Shown here: in pieces, positions 27,647 through 64,000 of the stretch
How positions within the stretch are numbered: the stretch's first letter is position 1
Layout of the letters: every line of letters starts with the position of its first letter
Source of the DNA: Tubiluchus corallicola
Lineage: Eukaryota; Animalia; Priapulida
Direction of reading: 5' to 3'
DNA length: 64,000 nt
NCBI GenBank assembly: GCA_030141605.1
Contig: JAQGDQ010000069.1
Location: 377,126 to 441,125 of the forward strand
Made by a program: the position numbers and the translations under genes
The notes under the pieces: generated by a model
Seen by the model: only the letters and a program-made list of their open reading frames with translations
Databases searched by the model: none
What the model was told of the DNA's origin: nothing

Positions 27647-30600
27647 ATGAGGAGGGCTTTTAAACAATTTTTGGTATTCACTAACAGATTTTACTGTTAT
27701 AGCAGCGTGCGAATGAGCAATAAAATGACCTCCGAAACTGCGCTGCCTCCGCGAAAATCATCTGAATATATTACAGAAAGAGCTCGCGATGTAAAGCTGA
27801 ATTTTGAGGGAATCAAGAAAACGGCTAAAGAAGTAAGGCTGCGCTATTTACTTATTGTTACATTGTGTACAAATATTTCATTTTTGTTCTTTTACTTTGT
27901 TAACTGATTAGGCCTTTGCTTGCAATTTCTTTTTTATTGGTGATCATCACAATTCATTTTATTGTGTGATGCTAAGTACAGCAGTAGTAGTGTAGCAGTA
28001 GTAGCAGTAGTAGGTTTTCACTTACATGCTGTGTCCTCGCAGTCTCATATATCCTCAGTCGTTTCTTGTCCTGTATTATGGAAAGGATGATAGAAAATTT
28101 CTTTAAAATATCATTTGTAGTTACATTTCATTAATATTGCGTTCAATTTTTTTTCTAATGCTTTTTTAATAAAAAAATTATTTTTTGAAACACTTTTCAT
28201 AATGTGATCAAGAACATATTTTGTTTTTCTTGTAAATGTGTCTTCATTTGTAACTTTTTCATGGAGTTATGAACACTATGGTCAATGTATATTTGGATAA
28301 ATATTAGCACTAATTTTACTTTTAGTTGGCAAACATTTTGTCAAGGAAAGAGTATAGCATTGAGAATTGGAAGGCACACGAGTTGAATCCAAAGTCTGGT
28401 GATAAAGCTGCAACAGATTGGTAAGTTTGTTTTGCCTGTTTGCAGTTTACAATGGTATATCTAGTGATTACTGAAGATTTAGATACTGCTGAAAGCAAAT
28501 GTCCGATTTAGTTCGTCTCAGTAACTGCAAAAAAGGTGCTTATTGAAGAATGCATTGGCAATGTCCTTTGATGTTACATTTGAGTAAAAAAAAGTTTAGA
28601 AACTTGATGCACAAAAATGTTTGGAAACTACTATTATTTCAATCAATACGCTATTTTGTAATTCCTAAATTTACTGTCTTACTCACTTTAGTTACTAGGT
28701 TTTGAATTGCGCACTTGTGAAGGTAACACTGCAGTGAATATGTTCAAACTAGCAGGAGCTCCGTAACCTTTATTAACCTCATGTCTAATACAACCAAAAC
28801 ACTGGTGCTGTTCTTGATAACATAGTACCTCTTTATTGCTTACGTTTTGATGCTGTCTTGCATCATTGTCAGAGCATTATCGTACACCCCAGAAACAATT
28901 CTGTTGGATCTTCTTGTCTTGTAGCATTTGGCATGGCTGAAATGTTAACCATTTTAAGTTTGTTACTGTCCCTGCTCTGAGATTCGTGTTGCACTCACTG
29001 ACAGTGTTGTTTGTTTCTTATAACATCCTGTACTTTTAATTTATGTAATTTTTTTAGATAATGTTTTTGGTTTGGGTCTGCTTTACTGTGTGGCGGGATA
29101 ATCACACAGTGAGGGGAATTTGCGCTCCAAGGTAACAAAAATTATTAGGAATTATTTCAACTTCTTGAAAGTCATGTTGAACTTAATGACAATGTCACTT
29201 GTTTCTTATAACATTTTGTATTTCAAATTTATGTTGAGTTTCTTGTATCTTTTTGCAGGGTGTTTTTCGTTGACACATTAAACTTCTCATTCTGGTCCTC
29301 AGATGAGGATAACAAGTACAGTGTTGTACATCATGGGAAGACGTATACCGGATACTGGTCGCTATGCGCAGCTGTTAATAAAGCTTTGGAGGTAATACTA
29401 TATAAATTTCTTTTCCAGTGTTGGTCATATATTGCTATCATTAGCAGTCGCCTTGTTGAATCTAATTATTGAGATAAACCGCTTTATTATGAACAGGCTG
29501 CAAATTTATAACTGTGCAAAGTGCTTTAATTTTGCGCTATGCTCCGTTATTGAATTCCATGCTGCTAAAATTTTGGACTTTACAAATATCAGCACTTTTT
29601 CATGGAAAAGTTGTCATTTCGCCTATCACTCACAACTACCTCCTGTGAAATGCACTTTTTAATAAATTTGTGGCATTGCCCATATATTAGATTTCAAAAT
29701 ATGTAATTTTCACTTGCTGTCAATATCATTTCAATGGATTTCTACAATTGAGATGACATTGATAGAACTATGCCTTACTGCACCACTTTTTCTTTCAGGC
29801 AGGCGTTCCACTGACAGATCCTGAATATTTTTCTAAAATTACGAGAGCAGATCTTGAAAAGATCTTTGATGGTTCAACCTCCGTGAAGATGCCAATGTTA
29901 GACGAGCGATTACAGTGTCTACACGAAGTTGGTGCAGTCTTGCTGCAGGTGCGAACTTATCTTATGATTTATACAAGTAACATTGTATTTTTGCTTCTTC
30001 CCGCTTGTGTCTTAAATGCTTTTTAATGATTGGATTTGTGTCGTTATCTCCACAGTTGCATCAAACATCTGCATGTAATGCTGCACATGAGCATTTTAAA
30101 GCATTCTTGTCATTGACATTTGTGAAAGTTGTAACTGTATATTTTAGGTGCTGCCATCTATTGATTAGTTACTTTAACATTTTACTAGTTAAACTCACCC
30201 TTAGTACAATTGCTCGGTCCAGTGAATATGCAAACTCACTGGATCTCCCCTATTTTTACTGTAATGGGATATGTGAAGCCAAGTTTTTGCATAGTTCTCT
30301 ACCTATATAAACTGGCTAGATTTCACTTCTAGCCACTCAATTCTTGTGATCGTGCAGGACACCCCCAACATTATTGAGACAGCAGTAGAACTTGATCAGC
30401 AAATACAAGAATGTACATGTTTTATTTCTGCTGCCTGCCAGACAAGCAAAATGTTATTATTCTGTACTGACACTGTATTTCAGTAGTTTTATGGAATTTT
30501 TAAAGCTTTCCACTTATGGTTTAGGAGCAAATTGTTCTCTGTTATTACAAAATATAAAACAGTTTGCACGAAATCATTTTTATTTTTTAAGTACTGAAAA

Positions 30601-33600
30601 CTGGTCATATAATATTTTAAAGGAAAGATTAAATTGTCATTTCCCTTAGCCGCCTAGATTTTGCTTAATTTTTCTGCAGTTGTTTGTGTTCTGCAATCAC
30701 AGCTTTGTCATTGCATTATGGCACAACCTACTATGGAATTTTCTTTCTTTACTGTATTATTATTCGTATGTGTTGTATGCCTCCGAAAAGTATAGTATTT
30801 CATTTTCACCTTTTTGTTATTTTTAGAAATTTAATGGGTCATTTGTGAACTGCATAGCTCAGTGTGATCAAAGCTCACAGAAACTATTACAGCTTATTCT
30901 GCACAATTTTCCATGTTTTGTGGATGAAGGAGTTTTCGATGGGAAGAAAGGCATGTTATGATTTTTATAATGGCACTTGATTCAGTTTTCAGTGGTTATA
31001 GGTATCTAATGAACTCTTGTGAAGTTTCCCAGGCTTTTAAATTTACATGTATGTGAGTACATTTAAAATTCCATTTAGAAACTGCTTTTGAAAACTATAT
31101 AAATACGTTCTATATTTTAAAGACATTTTGATTTTTTGTACTTTTTAACTTTTACTTTTTGAGTTTTTTCCGGGGTGATCGTACGCGTGCATCGGTATAA
31201 GGGGGTAAGTAGGTTGTAGTTGTAGAAGCTAATCATTTAAGTTTAGCTTTTGCTGTTGCTTCGCAAATTTTCACCCTGGTACTTATTAATCCGTTTTTCT
31301 TTTGGCCTTTGCCCTGCAGAATTCTTTAGAAGGAAACTGTTTTCCTGCAATTTTGTTTCAAGCTACACCAACAAATACCACAAACAGCAGCAAAACTTGT
31401 TTTTCTCAACTTTATTTTTTTAGGACCTGAAGGCCCCAATTCATATTCTTACTTTCCAACTGTATCTCCTTGCCTTGGGTGACCGCTGGCATTGTTTGGA
31501 GTAATCTATATAGAAAAAAACAACAAAAACACAATTATATGCACAAACAGCACAAATGTTTTGTGTTTGACATTCGATTTTTCCCATCACCTGTTGACAT
31601 AGGTGTGTGACAGGTTTTCAACTATAGTAACAAACAATTTTTTAACAGCCGTTAGGTGAAGTAGATGGTTTCATTTCAATTTAATGTCTATTCTTAACAT
31701 TGTGATTGTTTTGTAATCTGATTTGTAAGTTTTTATGTCTGGCTGTGCAATATTTAGTACTGCATTCACTTATAGTGTAATTGGTTTTTGGGTACAATGC
31801 TTTTCTTCTTTTATTAGCTGAGTCACTGAACTGGCGTCTTGCCTAGCCTCTGCATTGCTGACTTTGGCCACTAAACACACGTCGTGACCATTCAGCTATA
31901 TTTTATTGTCTCATATCAATCTGCTCAGTAAATTCAAATGCTTGTTTTAGTGGCGTTTTGGAAGAGAGCTCAGATTCTGGTTGCAGACGTATGGGCTGTT
32001 TGTGGTGGTCAGGGATATGGTAAATTCACTGATATCGACACAGTCACCATGTTTGCTGATTATCGTATCCCACAAGCCCTTGTGTATTTAGGATGCATGG
32101 ACTACTCCGATAAGTTGATGGAGCTACTCAATAAAGGTAGGTAATTTGTTGCTGCTGTTTTGATTTTCGCTTATTTATCACAATTTTATGATTTTACCAG
32201 TTTTACAATTTATAATCGTTTGTTCAATTTGTAAACAAGTTCTTTTTTCAAATTTGGTGATTGATGTCAAAATTTATTCACTAACCAAATTGAGATCATC
32301 TGTAGTTAATTACTGCACATGTGTCTTCCTGGTAATTTTGACTTAATTTTGACAAATTTTAATACTACGTCTGCATTCAGATAGTCATCTTTTGGGTTAG
32401 TAGTTTAAGGAAAAGCCAAGCCTTCTGAGAAGTTAGGATGATTTCAGTGATCGTGCTTGTGAAAAGTTATGAAGTGCTTACAAAAAGTCACAAAGCCATC
32501 AGTTACTTCATAATTTTCAAGTGAATAGCGAGCGGCTGCCACCGCGCCGCGCATGAAAATTTCTATGTAGTGGTAGTAGAACTTAACTTTATGCTTTTTG
32601 GACAGTTTGAGTGACAACAGTGAAAAACACAACTTGCTAAATGTGTTATCTTTTCCTTCAAGTTAATAGCAAACTTACTCTTGCTTTTTAAACAGACCAT
32701 GTTTTTAAAAGTGGTGATCGTGAAGAAATGGAAATTCGAGGTTGTTGCATTTGGGCTGTCGAGGTAAGTTAAAAAGCACTTTTTTCACATGTAAAGTGTT
32801 AATTTGTTGCAACAGCTTTTGACTTGTATTGTTCCATTTTGCCCAGCAAAATGTTGCAATACAGTGGTGCAAAAAGATGAGGTTACTAAATTGTCTTAGA
32901 AGTTCAGCAATTTTTTACATAATACTGCTTAGTTTATTGTTAGTATTCTGTAACATATATTAACATTACTAGAGCTAACATGACTGTGTTACTCATCATT
33001 TAACATTACTAGTAACACTACTAATAACATTACGTTACTAACATTAATATTAACATTGGCATGATTTTAACTTTTTAATGTAGAAGTTTTAATAAAGTCG
33101 TGTTGTTTTTAACTATAAATGTTTTTAAGTGCCTGTAATAAAAATTGACTAACATTACTAGTTTTAGTATGTGCCTGTTATTCGTTTGTTTGAGAAATTG
33201 TGGATTAGTCTTCATGGGTGGATAACTGTGCATTTGATTCCACACACTGCCATTTCTTTACCCAGTCTGTTAAAAGAAGGGCAGGGTAAAAATTGTCCGC
33301 ATTGTTGCAGGTAGTGTTGGCTAGTCCCCATGTCAGGCAAAGATGAGGCAGATGCAGTACATGCTAGTAGTTTTGGCAGCACTAATCACATTCTGAAGAA
33401 TCATCTTTGCCTACATTAATTGGAAGTATTTTGCTATAATTACTTTCAGATTTTTTTCTTACTGTAAATTCTTTCAGCTTATCGTGGAGAAAGTCAAAAA
33501 GATTCTAGAATTAGAAGATGTCAAAGACATCCAGGTGAATTCGATTATTATCGACGAATACCTGTGGGAATATCGGAGGCAGTTTGAAACTGAAACTAAA

Positions 33601-33639
33601 CAAGTTCCATTCCACAAAGTGCGTAGTATCTATTATTAA
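27647..33639 (+). CDS. QNG1: Queuosine 5'-phosphate N-glycosylase/hydrolase (queuosine salvage protein, C9orf64/DUF2419), 8 coding exons
   Basis: Exons 27647-27832, 28326-28420, 29259-29391, 29799-29948, 30827-30950, 31951-32136, 32696-32763 and 33478-33639 join in frame (1104 nt, 367 aa; 341 aa from the Met at 27725). Family motifs: [65 protein letters not shown] at ~33786. Confidence 0.95.
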
Positions 33640-36265
33640 ACATTAAGCATTGAGATTCTACCGAAATAGCAGAGTCTAGGCGAGTGTTGTGAGGTCGTTC
33701 TGCAGACTCCTGATGCCCGGTGAACTTTTTATCCCATATTAATGTTGCAATGATGAAATTTGAAATGTTGCTTTGTTCATGAAACAATAAAACAAACTTA
33801 GTTAATATTATGTAACTTTTTTTGTTTAATTAGTTTGTCTAATTGTTGTCTTTTACTACAGTACTCTTTGTAAACAAGTCTAATGCACAATATGAACTTG
33901 CCAAAAGTAGCCTATACTAGGTTATTAAATTATCTGTCAAATACCAGATGCTGCAGTTAATATGACTAATTCTGAGTAGTTCTCCACTGCAGCAATTAAG
34001 CCAGATTGAACAAGAATGCAGAAAGAATTATAAATAAAAGTTGGTGTAGTTTTCAAAAAACTATAGTCACACAGTGAATGTATCTTTGCTGTGTTATTAC
34101 AGTGAGATTTGTAATGTTGTAATTGTATGCAGGTTGGTAAAAGTGCACAATGTAACGGCAAATGTATTTTTTCTCTATTGTTAATCACTTACTTTTTAGG
34201 TATTTTAAAAGCGCAATTTCTTGTGTTCTGCACTTATCTTACCTTTAATGCTGTCTTGTATATTAGTGCGTCGTCCATAGTGTTTTAAGTGATTACGTAT
34301 GTATATAATTACGCAATACACACTCCATGTAAGCATATTCCATCAAATTCGCCAATTTACATTATCTGTACAGCTAGTATACTTATCCATATCGTGTATT
34401 TTAGTGAACGATTAAAATAAAACAAGCTAGGAATTTTTTTCACAATGCTGTGTATTTTTGCAGTGTATGGTTGAAGTAAAAGGCAGTATAAGAAAATTAA
34501 TGACTCTAGTGATACATTTACTATTTGGTATATAAATTTGTGACATTTCGTTTATGTAACACTGAATTGCTGAAAGAACTATACGTGCAAACTTTGGAAT
34601 CTAAGTTCCCTCCAAAATAGCAGCTATGGGGTCTAGACGAGTGCTGTAATGTCCCTTAATGGGCTGCAGGTAGATGCTGAACATTACCGATGGGCTTCAC
34701 AGCTTTACTTTTGTCATAGTTTTTTGGCAGCAGCTTCATGGAAAATTCGGACGGGCCAATTAATCTTCTGTATCCCAGAGACATGTACCATCAGAATTAA
34801 TATGTTACTATTAGATTGACAAAGTGATAAAGTGTCTTGCTCTTTGAAATAAATTGCACGATCATGAAAATAACCTATAGCAAGTCAATTTGATACTGCA
34901 AACCCATCCTCCTTGAAAAAAAATGACTTCGGTTTGCTATTCGTTTCAGTTTGAAATTACTCACAATTAAACCAGTATTTAGGATAAATTTGACTTTTTA
35001 GTTTGCCAAATTGAAATTTATATGCACAATTAAACCAGTACTCGGGATAAATTATGTTTACAAACAACTTATTTATTTACATTCTAACGCAGATAAAACT
35101 TCAGAATTGATAATATGCTACGACCATAAAATCCGTTGCTAAATCATTAAAATAAAACACAGTAACACAAAAACTGGGAATATGGTATACTCTGCTCAAA
35201 AGTATGCAAATCTATGTAACATCTCGAACTCAGTGATTTTCTGATATCTCTATGGCTTCTTGTATCACACATGATTTCCGTAAATAACGACATTCAATGA
35301 TTTAACAAAAAAGATTAAAATTCAAGTCAATTTAGTTAGTCAACCAGCAAACTAAGCAGACACAAGCTGTTAAAATCATGATCTACCATGTATATTTTAA
35401 ATATGATTTTGAAATCTATTTACAGTTAATGATTACGGCAAATTAGCAAATAATCACTTCATTACTCAATCAGTGATTTTACAATCAGGTTGAATAGAAA
35501 TGGTACCACTGACATCATTCGTTAGCGGTTAAAAATAAGCGAGCAGCACTGGTAAAACACTTGTATATAAAGGAAAAATATAATAGTACCATGTAGGTGA
35601 CATTATTTGACGCTTCAACACATAACTTATAATTGATGTACAATTTGATGATATTCACTTATATACATGCACACATATATGTATATATAACTGTATGTAT
35701 ATAAAATATAGCTAAAACTTTTAACAGTGAATGCACACACAGTTAATACATCTCACTCAATCTACTAACTCGTCCTGGAATGCCCGTTTAACAAAATTAA
35801 TTACGTAAGTGTACAATATTGCATACCAGAGAACAATAGACATCTACAAATTACGGTATTGCATAACAGAGAACAACAAACATATCTACAAAATAAGGTA
35901 AAATGTGGAGGGATTCAGTAATCAGGAAGGCAATTGTCAGCACTGTTTTAGCACCACAATGTAGGCACTGTGTACAAATCATCAACACGAACTAGCTAAA
36001 CCGTAAAGCTGTTTGCCAACTGCAAGGCGCTAGCACACTGTGTACATTTCTTTGCAAAATTAATCCAGAGTTTAACTGAATTCGTCCGGCATTGTCAATA
36101 GCTACACGAAACTTTAAATTAAGCAATCTAGCAGGTGGATAGGCTGCTGCAGTCGTACAAGTAGTTGATACTTACATCAATCACTGGGCGGAATAGGTAT
36201 TACGTTTATCACAATAATAAGGAATACTCATAGTCTACAGAAGACTTGGAATAAGCATTGTATGT

Positions 36266-63118
<26,853 letters not shown>

Positions 63119-64000
63119 CTGTAAAGTACATTAAATGAGATTAAAGTAAAATAAAATTGTACGTAATTGTAAATTAAACTGCAATAAACATCCTTTTATG
63201 AATACATAATATGCAATGCACAAACAGAGATCTTGTTTAACCAAACTAGACCATAGTAAAATATACATGACTTACTATGGTTTCGCAAACTTCCAATCAT
63301 TCTTACCTATAATAGCACTAATTAAACTTATTCGCATACTTTTATTATGTTGCATCAAATTTCATAATAATGCATTAATATGAAATTTATGAAAATTACT
63401 GTGGCACACTTTTTGATAGTGAAAAAAATTAGAAGCAATTTTTAAAACTACAATAGTTTTTTTTTGTAATTTTCCAATCTTAAAAGTGAATATCTGGCTT
63501 TTTTACTTTTAAATTAATACATGTGCAAAATTTACCACATCATATCTTTGAAGGGAAACAATAACTGGAGCTGAACTGTGACAAACACTGCATTTGTTGG
63601 TACAGTAGTTGTCCGTTTAGATAAAAAACATTGTAGTACAGCAAAACGAGTACACTGGTTTACTGGATACACGATGTAACAACTAGGTAAATATTTTCCT
63701 ATAGGATACATTGCATACAAACATTTAAACTTGACAGGGAAATCTATTTAGGCAAAAGATTATTGACCTCAGCTGGATCTAGCTGATTACTAATAATTGT
63801 ATGTTGCACACAACATACAAGTGGTGACATCTGTTGCATGATTTGTAAAATTCTTACTAGGGTAACAGAAATAAGATCAGAAAATTAATAGCAATACTTT
63901 TAAATATAAAAGTTTTTATGACTGCATACAAAAACGGTCAACAAGTCCTTTTCAAAATGAGTCAGAATTAACTTGAATGTGCTACTGCATTTTGCAAATT

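Overview
Eukaryotic DNA, apparently from an invertebrate animal (AT-rich, spliceosomal introns, long microsatellites); the species cannot be determined from the sequence. Three genes were reconstructed by hand from splice sites and reading-frame continuity. (1) An intronless FAM169-family, GNAT-like gene on + (25181-26071) with an extra LITAF-like CxxC...CxxC module. (2) An 8-coding-exon QNG1/C9orf64 queuosine-salvage gene on + (27647-33639), with one GC-AG intron, a candidate mitochondrial leader and a candidate poison exon. (3) The 3' part of a very large minus-strand gene (36266-63118, 17 exons, 1487 aa within the window, 5' end beyond it) encoding a long disordered region, a phosphoinositide-type PH domain and a complete but divergent actin fold. 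This PH-actin fusion is the most unusual thing here. The first ~24 kb has no convincing CDS, only microsatellites, MITE relics, promoter-like elements and a few candidate minus-strand 5' exons. The introns hold several hAT-type MITEs, a tRNA/5S chimeric SINE-like element and a 59-bp minisatellite. All family assignments come from recalled motifs; no database search was run.
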